64,000 bases of DNA from a virus (Duplodnaviria; Caudoviricetes): positions 1 to 64,000 of the IMG/VR virus record IMGVR_UViG_3300035497_000162, one strand, 5' to 3'. The position numbers and the translations under genes are program-made. Positions 30,259 to 40,881 of this stretch are shown here, one piece after another. Position 1 is the stretch's first letter. Each line of letters opens with the position of its first letter. The notes beneath the pieces are model-generated. The model saw nothing but the letters and a program-made list of their open reading frames with translations. It made no database searches and was not told the DNA's origin.

Positions 30259-31728
30259 ATGAGATTATCTGAAAAAATAAGTGGTGGAAATACTTATAAC
30301 TTTTTAAATTCTTTGAATGAATCTTTTGATACTGTTTCTAAAGATATTTTAAATAAAGGTAAAAGAAAAGGAATGACTAAAGATAGAGCTGATGCTATAG
30401 CTGCTAATATAGGTAGAAAGAAATATGGAAAAGAAAAATTTCAAAAAATGGCTCAAGCAGGGAAAAATGAAGGTTGCAAAAATAATACAAATAAAGAATT
30501 AACTGAAAATAATGAAGAAATAAATGAAGCTAGAAGTCATAAAGAAGATAATGAAAAAGTAGCTCCTAGAAAATCTACTATAGACAGTGTAGTAACAGGA
30601 GATTATAAATATGGTGTCTATGACGATAAGGATGAAAGAAATTATAAAGATCGTTATAAAGAACCAATAAATGCAAAGAGAAATAAGGTTAGAAACTTTG
30701 ATTCTAAGAATTATGGTGCTAAGAATGTCGGATTTAATCCAAAAGATATGAATGATAGACTTAATAAAGGTATAACGCATAAAGATTATGAAAAAATGCC
30801 TAATGAAAAATCAACTGAGTATAAAAGGTTAAAAAAAGTTGAAGAAACTAATGAGGCTTGTAAAAATAAAATGAATGAAGAATCATCACTAGAAAAATAT
30901 TGGGATGGTACTGAAATAGATAGAGAACTATTTAAAGTTTTACTTAAATTAAACTCTAGTGATAATGAATTTATTGTAACTAACGATGGTAATGAAATCG
31001 GTAGATTTAGAGCTAATTCTAATGAAGAGGCTAAAAATAAATTTAGATCTGAATATGTAACAGAATCTTCAGAATTTTATACAGATAGTGCTGAAGATAT
31101 TTATTCAAAAGTACAAAATGAATATTCAGATGAACAAAGAAAAGAATTATTTAAGAAATTTAATGATAAAGAACCAAATAATATGGATGAATTTTGGGAT
31201 TGGTTTGAATCATTAGATAGTGATGAAATAGATTCTTTAGAAGAAAATAAAAAATTAACAGAAGATAATGAAGAAGAAATAAATGGTCCAGAAGAGACAA
31301 CTAATGAAGATAATGAAAGCTCTAAACTAGATGCCATCATTAAAGAGTTTGAAGATGTGAGTCCACTATATAAAAGAGTAGTATCTGAAATAGTAGAAGA
31401 TAGTGAAGATTACGAAGGAACTAAACTTGAAAAAATCCAAAAGAGACTTGGTGATGTAACATATGGTGGTTTAGGCAATGGAAATGTAACAAGTTTAATA
31501 TACTACAAAGATACTCTAGCATTTTATAACGAATATGAAGATGATATATTTGATTTTGTAGAAGATTTATGCTCTGGAGGTCTAGAACCACTTGAATCTT
31601 TAAAAGCTACTTGTGGTGAAGCTGAAGTAATAATGCAATCAGATAGAGTTAAAAATCAAATTGTATGGATGGTCTATGAAGAGATTGCATATAGACTTGA
31701 ATCTGAGTTAGAAGGAATAGAAGAATAA
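30259..31728 (+). CDS. modular putative internal head protein
   Basis: SLNES, ELTE, INEA, MNEE, KLTE linkers; acidic C-terminal domain LIYYKDTLAFY. Confidence 0.55.
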   Translation: MRLSEKISGGNTYNFLNSLNESFDTVSKDILNKGKRKGMTKDRADAIAANIGRKKYGKEKFQKMAQAGKNEGCKNNTNKELTENNEEINEARSHKEDNEKVAPRKSTIDSVVTGDYKYGVYDDKDERNYKDRYKEPINAKRNKVRNFDSKNYGAKNVGFNPKDMNDRLNKGITHKDYEKMPNEKSTEYKRLKKVEETNEACKNKMNEESSLEKYWDGTEIDRELFKVLLKLNSSDNEFIVTNDGNEIGRFRANSNEEAKNKFRSEYVTESSEFYTDSAEDIYSKVQNEYSDEQRKELFKKFNDKEPNNMDEFWDWFESLDSDEIDSLEENKKLTEDNEEEINGPEETTNEDNESSKLDAIIKEFEDVSPLYKRVVSEIVEDSEDYEGTKLEKIQKRLGDVTYGGLGNGNVTSLIYYKDTLAFYNEYEDDIFDFVEDLCSGGLEPLESLKATCGEAEVIMQSDRVKNQIVWMVYEEIAYRLESELEGIEE

Positions 31729-31815
31729 AATACTTAAATAAGCTATCAATTAAAGATAGCTTATTTTTATTTCCCTAATAAATAGCATATTATATTTTTA
31801 GGGGAGGTAAATACA

Positions 31816-32103
31816 TTGAAATATTTAGAAATTAATGAATTAGAAATTAATGATAGTGATGTTAAATTTGAAACAGAAGAAAAGCCAATATTAAAAAATG
31901 GTACAATAGTTTATTGTAAAGGTCACGAAGGAACAAGCTCTTTTTACGGAATAGTTTATGAAGATGGCATACTAGAGCTAAAGAATGGTTCAAATGCTTA
32001 TATCCAAACTAAAGACTATTTACATCTAGGTGATAGAATAAACTATTGGACTATAGAAAAAGCTTGTAAAGCTAAATTAATTATTGAAAATTATATAGAA
32101 TAA
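31816..32103 (+). CDS. hypothetical protein
   Basis: ORF with GGAGG RBS. Confidence 0.55.
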   Translation: MKYLEINELEINDSDVKFETEEKPILKNGTIVYCKGHEGTSSFYGIVYEDGILELKNGSNAYIQTKDYLHLGDRINYWTIEKACKAKLIIENYIE

Positions 32104-32115
32104 GGAGGATTAATT

Positions 32116-33430
32116 ATGTCTAGAAGAAACGAACTATTAGAAAGATGTATAGAATTAGGACTAGAGCCAGAAAAATCTAGAAATAGAATAGATAAAGATA
32201 CTGGTAATAAATATAAAGAAAGTACAGTAAAAGATTGTCAAAAAGCTATACAGTCTTATTTTATTGAAAAATATAAATCTGAGGGTACTTTATCCCCATT
32301 CATAGAAGATATTATGAAGATGGATAGCCCTATGTTAGCACTACAATCAAAAGATAAGAAACTAGACTCTATCAGAGATGAAATTTGGAAAGATAATAAT
32401 AAATGGATATTTCAAGAGAAAATAGATCGGATGTAGATGTATTGTTTGTTATGATATAAATTATGGTTGGGATTTTTATAGTAGAAACCCATCAGTAGTA
32501 GATGAATTACCTACTAGTTATAGGACTAAATTATTAGTACCTAAATTAGATAATGAATTACTTAAAGCTAATGGAATTACTAGCTTTATTATAGATAGTG
32601 AACTAGTACCACTTAATCATAATATTAGTGATAGTGTAGTTGCTGATACACAATTAAATTTAGTAACTAGTATATTAGGTAGTTTAGATGATTTATCTCA
32701 TCAAATGCAAGAAGATAATCCACTTAAATTTATAGCTTTTGATATATTAAAATTAAACGATGAATGGAAAGTAGATTCAGAATATAAAGATAGATATAAA
32801 ACTTTAATTCAAACATTACAAATAATCATAAAAGCTGGTATGAATGATAGAATCAACTTAGTACCTTCTACTATGACTAACAAACATCAATTTTATGATA
32901 ATATTATATCTATTGGTGGTGAAGGATGTGTTGCAAAAGACTTAACTAGCACTTATGATATGAAGGGTAAAAGGGCAGGTCAATGGATTAAACTTAAACG
33001 TACAGTATCTCAGTCTATATTAGCAGAAAAATTAGGTGATACTATAGATGCTTTCGTAACTGGATATAAATTAGGTAACTCAGGTACTAATAGAGAAAAT
33101 CAAGTATCTGCTTTAGAATTTTCAGTATACTTAACTGACGATAACAATGATTATTTACTAGATGAAACTGGAAACCCTATAGTACACCATATCGCTACTA
33201 TGTCTGGGTTAACTGATGAACTTCGTGAGATATTAACCCAATCTGACTCCTTAACTGGAAAAATAATACTTAATCCTATGTTTTACGGTAAAGTGGCTGA
33301 AATAGATGGACAAGACATCTCTAGTAGAAATCTTAGGTTCGCTCATGCCATATTTAAAGGTTGGAGACCTGACCGAAGTTCAGATAGTTGTAAAATGATG
33401 AAATCTTTATTAGAAAGATTAATTTTATAG
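32116..33430 (+). CDS. ATP-dependent DNA ligase; one gene joined by +1 shift at CGG 32428-32430
   Basis: Motif I QEKID-GCR (KxDGxR) is restored only by skipping C32428; IIDSEL, FIAFDIL, EGCVAK, WIKLK follow in the +1 frame. Confidence 0.88.
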
Positions 33431-33495
33431 TATTCAGATTAACTAGAAAATTATGATAGATAAAATTAAAGAGCAGTTAGAAAGAGAGGATAAAT

Positions 33496-33882
33496 ATGGC
33501 AGATAAAACTGAAGAATTAGATGATATAATTAGTAAAGTGGAAGAAATGTTGAGTAGAAGAGTTACATATTTTGCTAATACTGAAAGAAAACTTTTAGAT
33601 GGAGATGACGAAATTGTTATTACTAAATTATTAGATAAAACTTATAGCTTGATACAAGAAAATATAAAATTATCAAACGCTAATACAGTTTATATAAAAA
33701 GTATTCAAAATATAGCACCAGTTCTTACAAACGAGTATATAGAAAAATCAGTAATAAAAGAAAAGATAGAAGAATACAAAAATTTAATAAAAAAAGTATT
33801 AGAAGATGAAGAATATTGTGGAGAAATACCACTATATGAACACGATATACAAATTTTAGAAGAATTATTAGAGAGCGAATAA
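33496..33882 (+). CDS. hypothetical protein
   Basis: ORF with RBS. Confidence 0.55.
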   Translation: MADKTEELDDIISKVEEMLSRRVTYFANTERKLLDGDDEIVITKLLDKTYSLIQENIKLSNANTVYIKSIQNIAPVLTNEYIEKSVIKEKIEEYKNLIKKVLEDEEYCGEIPLYEHDIQILEELLESE

Positions 33883-33966
33883 CACACGTAAGTATTGTGA
33901 AGAAGATTTTGATGGATATTATACACCACTAGATAAAAACACAAATAAATTTAAGGAGGTATATTA

Positions 33967-34257
33967 ATGAAAAAACATAAAATTAATAATTTAGAGCTAA
34001 GAGTATCTGAAGGATTCAATAGTAAATTTAAATATTTAGAGATAGTAGAATGGTCTAATGACTTTGACCATTGTTGGACTATAATTACTTATAAATATGA
34101 TGAGGACTGTGACTGCTATGAATTAAATAGTTGTGGTGATAGACTAAATGACAATAGAATAGACTGGTATGACTTAGGCTGTTTAGTAAAACTTGGATAT
34201 ACTTGGCTAAAAGATAAAGATTTATTTTCTATAAATAAGGAGGAAGATAATGAATAG
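33967..34257 (+). CDS. hypothetical protein
   Basis: ORF with AAGGAGG RBS. Confidence 0.6.
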   Translation: MKKHKINNLELRVSEGFNSKFKYLEIVEWSNDFDHCWTIITYKYDEDCDCYELNSCGDRLNDNRIDWYDLGCLVKLGYTWLKDKDLFSINKEEDNE

Positions 34258-34786
34258 AATATTATATACTAGTGATTTACACTTTGGTCATTATAATATT
34301 ATAAAATATGAGGATAGACCTTTTACAACACTAGATGATATGACTCAAGGATTAATATATAGATGGAATAAAAAAGTAGATACTAATGATACTGTTTATA
34401 TATTAGGAGATTTTGCTTTCATATCTGGAAAATTACCTACTTTAGAAGTTAATAAAATACTCGGTAAATTAAATGGAGAAAAACATCTTATAGTAGGTAA
34501 CCACGATACTTGGATAAATAAAAAATTATTCAACCCTAGAATGTTTGAAAGCATTAATTATTATTTAGAAATTAAAGATAAAAATAGAGATGTAGTACTT
34601 TGTCACTATCCCTTAGAAAGCTGGAATGGAATGAGATATGGTACTATACATCTACATGGTCATCTACATAGTATTCCAACTAAATTAAATCTACAAAATA
34701 GATATAATGTTGGTTGTGATAATTGGAACTATGAACCTGTTACTTTAGATGAGATTATACAATCTAAAAGAGATTATAATATTTAA
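34250..34786 (+). CDS. calcineurin-like metallophosphoesterase
   Basis: SDLHFGH, LGDF, GNHD, HGHLH. Confidence 0.9.
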   Translation: MNRILYTSDLHFGHYNIIKYEDRPFTTLDDMTQGLIYRWNKKVDTNDTVYILGDFAFISGKLPTLEVNKILGKLNGEKHLIVGNHDTWINKKLFNPRMFESINYYLEIKDKNRDVVLCHYPLESWNGMRYGTIHLHGHLHSIPTKLNLQNRYNVGCDNWNYEPVTLDEIIQSKRDYNI

Positions 34787-34844
34787 AAACTAAAAACAAT
34801 CATAAATATATCTACGAAACATTATAATAAGGAGTGATTAATTT

Positions 34845-37023
34845 ATGATAAAAGTATTAGAATTATTTGCAGGTATAGGGGCTTGTAGTAAAGCACTTGA
34901 AAATCTAGGTATTGAAAGTGTGATTGTTGATGCTGTTGAAATAGATAAGTATGCAATTACAAGTTTTAACGCAATACATAATACAAACTTTGAACCTCAA
35001 GATATTACAAAGTGGGATAAAGATATAGAAGTTGATTTAATAATGCATGGATCACCTTGCCAAGATTTTTCACTTGCAGGGAAACAAGCTGGTGGAGATG
35101 AAGGTAGCGGAACTAGAAGTAGTTTAATGTACGAAACTATAAGAATAGTTGAAAAATTAAAACCAAAATATGTAGTGTGGGAAAATGTGAAGAATCTATT
35201 AAGTAAGAAACATAAACATAATTTTGATGCTTATATAGAAACAATGGAAAAGTTGGGTTATAGCTCATATTATCAAGTTCTAAATGCTAAAGATTATGGA
35301 ATACCACAAAATAGAGAGAGAGTTTATACAGTAAGTATTTTAGGTGATAGAAAGTACGAGTTTCCAGAGGGGGTTAAATGTAATAATGAAGTAGAAGTAT
35401 TAGGAAATTATATGCCTAACGGACACGATGCTTCAAGAATTGTCGACGAAAATGGTATAGTTTCAACAGTAAAAGAGAACCATGGAACAGTTACAGCGGT
35501 ACTACAAAGATTTAAATTTCCACCAAAAGAAGGATTAAAACTAAGACTTAAAGATATGCTTGAAGAAAATGTAGATGAAAAATATTATCTAACAACAGAT
35601 AAGATAAATAAAATACTACATTGGAAATCATATCAAAAGACTTTTGAAAAGGTACTGGGGAATAATAGTATATTTCCTATATTAACTGCTAGAGGAGCAG
35701 GAGAAGAACATAGTGGAATGATTACATATAGCGAAAAACTTGAAGAAACAACTAACTTACAAGGACAATGCTTACATATAAAAAATGCAACTAAAAAAGG
35801 ATACTTAGAAGCTAAAGATGGAGATGGTGTCTATATAACAAATATGGATAAAAAAAGAGGTACAGTGCAAAAAGAAATGATACCAACACTTAAAACATCG
35901 CCTGACATTGGAGTAGTAATTAAAAACACTACTAGTAAAGCTAATGAAGATTGTGTAGAATCTAAAATAACTACACAAAACATAACACAAACAGTAAAAG
36001 TCAGAAAATATCCAATAGAGATAGAAACAGATGAAGTTGATGAAAGTATTAGAAAAGATATAGATAAATATAATTTTGTTTTTCCACCAAAAGAAGAACT
36101 AAGATTAAGATTAAAAGATCTATTAGAGGATGAAGTTGATGAAAAATATTATTTATCAGATAAAATGGTAAACTTCTTTTATAAAAACGAACAAAAACAA
36201 ATAGAATTAGGTAATGGTTTTCGATTTAATGTTACTGATGGAAATGTTATAGCTAAAACAATCACAACAAGAGCAGGAAGTAGAATGGATGATAACTTCC
36301 TGAAAATAAAAAATAATAGAGAAGATCCTAAGTGTTCACTAGTAGGGAACTTAGCAGGAGGAAAGTGGGATAAAATAAATGAAAGTTGTAGAAGAGTTTA
36401 TTCTACGGATGGAATAAGCCCTACTATACACACTTGTCAAGGAGGCAACACAGAACCTAAAATTATCAAAAAAGAAGAGATAACTTCTAATTCTCAAGTA
36501 GGTCAAGTTTACTTAGATGAAGAGCGTGATGGTGTATATGAAAAATCTAATAGAGTATATGATGAAAAAGGTTTAGCACCAACACTTACACAACAAGTAG
36601 AAAAAGTAACTGTAAGATATAATAATAAAGAAGTGGAACTACCTACAATCTGTGCTAGTAGAGGTAGAAATCCTAACAATCCAAGTGATCGCACCGCTGG
36701 AATACCTACGCAACAACGAATTGAAGTAAATACTAGAGGTGTTTCTAATACATTAACAACAGTTCAAAAAGATAATCTTGTTCTTGAATCTGAGATACCT
36801 AACTTAAAAAATGACGGATTAAGAATTAGAAAACTTACTCCAAAAGAGTGTTGGCGTTTGATGCGGATTTGATGATGAAGATTTTGAAAAAGCAAAAGAA
36901 AGCTTAAATAAAACATTCTATAAAGGAAAAGATAAATCAAACTCACAACTTTATAAACAAGCAGGAAACTCAATCGTAGTAAATGTATTAGAAAAAATAT
37001 TTAACAATTTATTTAAGGAGTGA
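34845..37023 (+). CDS. DNA cytosine-5 methyltransferase with very long variable region; +1 shift at CGG 36864-36866
   Basis: LFAGIG, GSPCQDFS, ENVKNL, PQNRER; RLM-GFDDEDF and LYKQAGNSIVV (motifs IX/X) only after skipping C36864. Confidence 0.9.
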
Positions 37024-38220
37024 TTATATGAATGATATTATACATGATGATTGTTTAAATTATATGAATACAATAAAAGATAATTCAATAGATTTAATAT
37101 ATTTAGATCCACCATTTTTTACACAACGTACACAAAAAGGAATTTTAAGAAATGAAGAAAGAATAGTGGAATTTCAAGATTCGTGGAAAGATATAGATGA
37201 ATACACAGAATACATAAAAGTTAGATTAATAGAAATGAAACGAATTTTAAAAGATACTGGAAGTATTTTTTTACATTGCGATAAGATAGCTTCACACTAT
37301 TTGAGAGTTTTACTTGATAATATTTTTGGAATGAATAATTTTCAAAGTGAAATTATATGGTCTTATAAGAGATGGTCAAATTCCAAAAAAGGATTATTAA
37401 ATTCTCATCAAAATATATATTTTTATAGTAAAAGTGCAAGATTTAAATTTAATACTATATATACAGATTATTCTGCTACAACTAATATTGATCAAATATT
37501 ACAACAAAGGAAAAGAGATGAAAATGGTAAATGCGTTTATAAAACTGATGAAAATGGAAATATTATATCTGATAATGAAAAGAAAGGGGTTCCACTTTCT
37601 GATGTATGGGAAATTCCATTTTTAAATCCTAAAGCAAAAGAAAGAGTAGGATATCCAACTCAGAAACCTATACTATTATTAGAAAGAATTATACAAATTG
37701 CAACAGATGAGGGAGATATAGTATTAGATCCTTTTTGTGGAAGCGGAACAACATTGGTAGCATCAAAACTATTGAATAGAAAATATATCGGGATAGATTT
37801 TTCAGAAGATGCAATAAAGATTACGAAAGATAGAATTAACAATCCAATAAAAACTGAATCAGAATTATTAAATAGTGGAATTGAAAAATACAAAAATAAG
37901 AATGGAAAAGAGCTAGAAATTTTAAATTCTATAGGAGCTATACCAGTCCAAAGAAATTCTGGAATAGATGGTTTTATTTTAAACAAAGAAAAAAATGAAA
38001 AAATTGCTATAAAAATCCAAAAGAATACGGAAGAATTAAATGAAGCAAAGAAAAAATTAATTGTTGCTGCATCATCGAAAGGATGTAATTATAAAGTTTT
38101 AATAAAAACAAATGATAATATAGAGCAGCAGAATCTATTTAATAATATTAAAGAAGATGATGTATTTGTTATAGAAACATATAAAGAAATATTTAACAAT
38201 TTATTTAAGGAGTGATTATA
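36995..38220. repeat. 34-bp direct repeats flanking an MTase gene (36995-37028, 38187-38220)
   Basis: AAATATTTAACAATTTATTTAAGGAGTGATTATA twice. Confidence 0.85.
37028..38215 (+). CDS. DNA amino-methyltransferase (beta class) with extra C-terminal domain
   Basis: YLDPPF, YPTQKP, LDPFCGSGTT. Confidence 0.9.
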   Translation: MNDIIHDDCLNYMNTIKDNSIDLIYLDPPFFTQRTQKGILRNEERIVEFQDSWKDIDEYTEYIKVRLIEMKRILKDTGSIFLHCDKIASHYLRVLLDNIFGMNNFQSEIIWSYKRWSNSKKGLLNSHQNIYFYSKSARFKFNTIYTDYSATTNIDQILQQRKRDENGKCVYKTDENGNIISDNEKKGVPLSDVWEIPFLNPKAKERVGYPTQKPILLLERIIQIATDEGDIVLDPFCGSGTTLVASKLLNRKYIGIDFSEDAIKITKDRINNPIKTESELLNSGIEKYKNKNGKELEILNSIGAIPVQRNSGIDGFILNKEKNEKIAIKIQKNTEELNEAKKKLIVAASSKGCNYKVLIKTNDNIEQQNLFNNIKEDDVFVIETYKEIFNNLFKE

Positions 38221-38400
38221 ATGTTCAAAACTAAAAAACAATTAATAGAATCTAATCAAGATATGTTATTCTATAAAACTCAGATAAGTTTAATAGAACA
38301 AGTTCTTAGAGAAGCAAAAGAAACTAATGAAAATCCTTACATCACAATAAGAAAAATTAGAGATAAAGTATATAAATTTTAAAAACTAGATATTATTCTG

Positions 38401-38429
38401 TTTACATTTTTAAAAACTAGGTATATAAT
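38401..38429 (+). promoter_or_regulatory. sigmaA-like promoter
   Basis: TTTACA-17 nt-TATAAT. Confidence 0.65.
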
Positions 38430-38470
38430 TGAATAAATATTATATATTATATTAGAGGAGCTGATTAACT

Positions 38471-38860
38471 ATGAATTTATACACTCTACTTAAAGAAGAT
38501 TCTATATTAAATGAATTTAAGGATAGAATTACTGAAAAGGTTCATTATTCACAAAATTTAATAGATACTTATTTATTAGTGGATGATACCGATGAAGAAT
38601 ACCTTGAAACTTTATCTAAATTATATAATGTATTAGATGAACTTAGTTTAGATTTTAAAAATGTTGGATATGATTATGACCCAGAAGTAGTTCCTGATGT
38701 AGAAGAAGGTGTATTTAGAAATACTCTATCTAAATTTAAAGAACAACTATCTTACATGCTAAATCATTTTAGCGAAGATCTATTCACTAGTGTTAGTACA
38801 GAGATACGATATACTATGAACCTAATAGATGTACATAAAACTAATTTTATAAAAATATAA
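38471..38860 (+). CDS. acidic protein (LxE leader family)
   Basis: LLKED, ILNE at the N-terminus. Confidence 0.5.
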   Translation: MNLYTLLKEDSILNEFKDRITEKVHYSQNLIDTYLLVDDTDEEYLETLSKLYNVLDELSLDFKNVGYDYDPEVVPDVEEGVFRNTLSKFKEQLSYMLNHFSEDLFTSVSTEIRYTMNLIDVHKTNFIKI

Positions 38861-38874
38861 AAGGAGGATTAATT

Positions 38875-39645
38875 ATGAAAAGTAATACTATAGATTTTGT
38901 TAATTCAATTGAGAAATTCAATAACATAACTAAACCAAAAAGAAAACTTACTGAAGCTGAGGAAAATCCAAGTATTAAATTATTTATGAATACTTGGGGA
39001 AACTATAATACTAATGGTGCTGATACTGATTCCATTAAAGGTGGTTGGATGACCCCAGATAAAGCTTTAGTTTGGTGGGAAGAGATGAATAAAGCAGGTG
39101 AAGAACCTTTTATAAACGACGTAGACGATGAAATAGGTTTACCTTTTGAAATAGGTGAAAATGATTACTTACCTGATGTTGTTGATAAAATAAATTTCTA
39201 CATAAATTTAGATGATTATGATATGGAAGTATTTAGTGCTATTATGGAAGCTATGGGTACAGATGATTTTGATGAGGCTAAAGATACTTTTGAAAGTGAT
39301 GATTTCCAATACTTCTCAGGAGTTACAAATGATAAAGAGCTAGGTGAAGCTTATGTAGATGTTTATGGTATGGATGGCATTCCAAATCTAGAAATTTATT
39401 TTGATTATGAAGAACTTGGTAGAGATTTAAGTATTGAATATTATCAAGAAGATGAAGATATGCCTGAAACTGCTGCTGAATATTATACAGGGGATGAAAA
39501 TTCTACTGATCATGAAATAGGCGAAGCCTATGTAGAAATGAATGGTATATCAAATATAGAAAACTATTTTGATTATAAGGCACTTGGTAGAGATTTAAGT
39601 CTTAATGGTCAATACACAGATAAAGGATTTATTTTTATTTATTAA
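38875..39645 (+). CDS. ardA: ArdA-family antirestriction protein with basic N-terminal leader ending KLTEA
   Basis: NTWGNYN..G....GGW, two YFDY..LGRDL motifs, strongly acidic. Confidence 0.8.
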   Translation: MKSNTIDFVNSIEKFNNITKPKRKLTEAEENPSIKLFMNTWGNYNTNGADTDSIKGGWMTPDKALVWWEEMNKAGEEPFINDVDDEIGLPFEIGENDYLPDVVDKINFYINLDDYDMEVFSAIMEAMGTDDFDEAKDTFESDDFQYFSGVTNDKELGEAYVDVYGMDGIPNLEIYFDYEELGRDLSIEYYQEDEDMPETAAEYYTGDENSTDHEIGEAYVEMNGISNIENYFDYKALGRDLSLNGQYTDKGFIFIY

Positions 39646-39668
39646 TATAATGAAAGAAGGATTTAACT

Positions 39669-39977
39669 ATGAAATTTATTGATGACGAAAATAATGAAAA
39701 CAGACTATTATCTAAATACTCTCTAGGACAATTAGATAATATTATTAGAAACAATTTTGTAAATTGTCAAATGTATCAATTAATAGAAGGAGGAACTTCT
39801 ATTAAAATAATATTTAATGAAACTATCAAAATATATAAAATTATAATAAATGATAATGGAGATTTAGAAGCTTATGAAGTTACATCTACAGGTGAAAAAA
39901 TAGGAGATTGTTTTATTTTATATAGTAAACCTAAAACACATTATATAAATGATGATTTCTATGATTACAATATATAA
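39669..39977 (+). CDS. hypothetical protein
   Basis: ORF. Confidence 0.5.
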   Translation: MKFIDDENNENRLLSKYSLGQLDNIIRNNFVNCQMYQLIEGGTSIKIIFNETIKIYKIIINDNGDLEAYEVTSTGEKIGDCFILYSKPKTHYINDDFYDYNI

Positions 39978-40070
39978 AATATTACACCTTATTTATATAT
40001 ACTAATAGTAGAATAATTCTTGGATTAATTCTACTTAGTTTTATATATCCATTATTTTAACAGTGGAATA

Positions 40071-40102
40071 AAAGGAGGGAATAAAACCTCCTTTTATTTT
40101 TT
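40071..40102 (+). terminator. intrinsic terminator
   Basis: AAAGGAGG / CCTCCTTT hairpin followed by T-run. Confidence 0.65.
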
Positions 40103-40130
40103 GCATAATATAAATAAGAGGTGATTTTAA

Positions 40131-40676
40131 TTGAATAATATAGAGCATATTTATAATACTATGAAAGACGTTACTAATAAGACTCCGGTACTTTTAGTTG
40201 GAGGTGCTATGTTTATCTTCAAAAAAATGTACAGAGGTAATATTTATAGACTAGAAAATACTGACGATGCCAAAGATTTTATAGAGCGTTTTTATAATAT
40301 AGAATATAATAAACCTATAGTAGTAGAAGATATATCTCTACTATATAGAGATACTATACTCCTTAAATTAGTCGAAGAAATAAAATTACCATTAATTTTA
40401 TTAGCTTCTGAGGATAATATTAGTAATACATTACAAAGTAGGATTAAAACTTATATCAAATATCCTGTAAATGAAATTAAATGTTCTTATAATAAAATTC
40501 TAGAATCATTAGATTATATCAATCAAAATGATTTATCTAGTAAAGATTTAGATATTTATATATCTAATAACTGCCCAGAATTAGCTAGATTAAACCATAA
40601 AATGAAACTTAGAAAAAATAAAGATAAATTACAACAAATATTAGGTAGTATCATAGATAATAAGTCAAAAACATAG
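40131..40676 (+). CDS. clamp-loader-like subunit (delta-prime-like degenerate AAA+)
   Basis: VVED...LLKLVEE..LILLAS...TLQSR. Confidence 0.6.
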   Translation: MNNIEHIYNTMKDVTNKTPVLLVGGAMFIFKKMYRGNIYRLENTDDAKDFIERFYNIEYNKPIVVEDISLLYRDTILLKLVEEIKLPLILLASEDNISNTLQSRIKTYIKYPVNEIKCSYNKILESLDYINQNDLSSKDLDIYISNNCPELARLNHKMKLRKNKDKLQQILGSIIDNKSKT

Positions 40677-40703
40677 ACAGAATAATAAAATTGTTAAAAT
40701 CTA

Positions 40704-40732
40704 TTTACATTTTTAACAATATATAATATAAT
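40704..40732 (+). promoter_or_regulatory. sigmaA-like promoter for cassette 4 and tnpB
   Basis: TTTACA-17 nt-TATAAT; inverted repeat TTGTTAAAA/TTTTAACAA. Confidence 0.7.
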
Positions 40733-40745
40733 TAAATATAATATT

Positions 40746-40848
40746 GAGGTAGTTTATACCTTTTAAGTACATCATTACTCATATAGAGCTTAGATGTAAA
40801 ATAACATAGTAATAAAACAACGGCTTAAAAGTTTAGAACTATACTAGA
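40746..40848 (+). ncRNA. guide cassette 4: scaffold lacking the anti-repeat, half repeat (ends 40818) and putative spacer
   Basis: GAGGTAGTTTATACCT...GATGTAAAATAACATAGTAATAAAAC then unique sequence. Confidence 0.7.
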
Positions 40849-40881
40849 TAACGTAATATTATTAGAATGTGAGGTACGATT

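Noticed and set aside
39373-39382. Self-target of spacer 11966-11988 in ardA (GATGGCATTC)
   Set aside because: Only 10 nt match, compatible with chance; no full-length self match was found by eye
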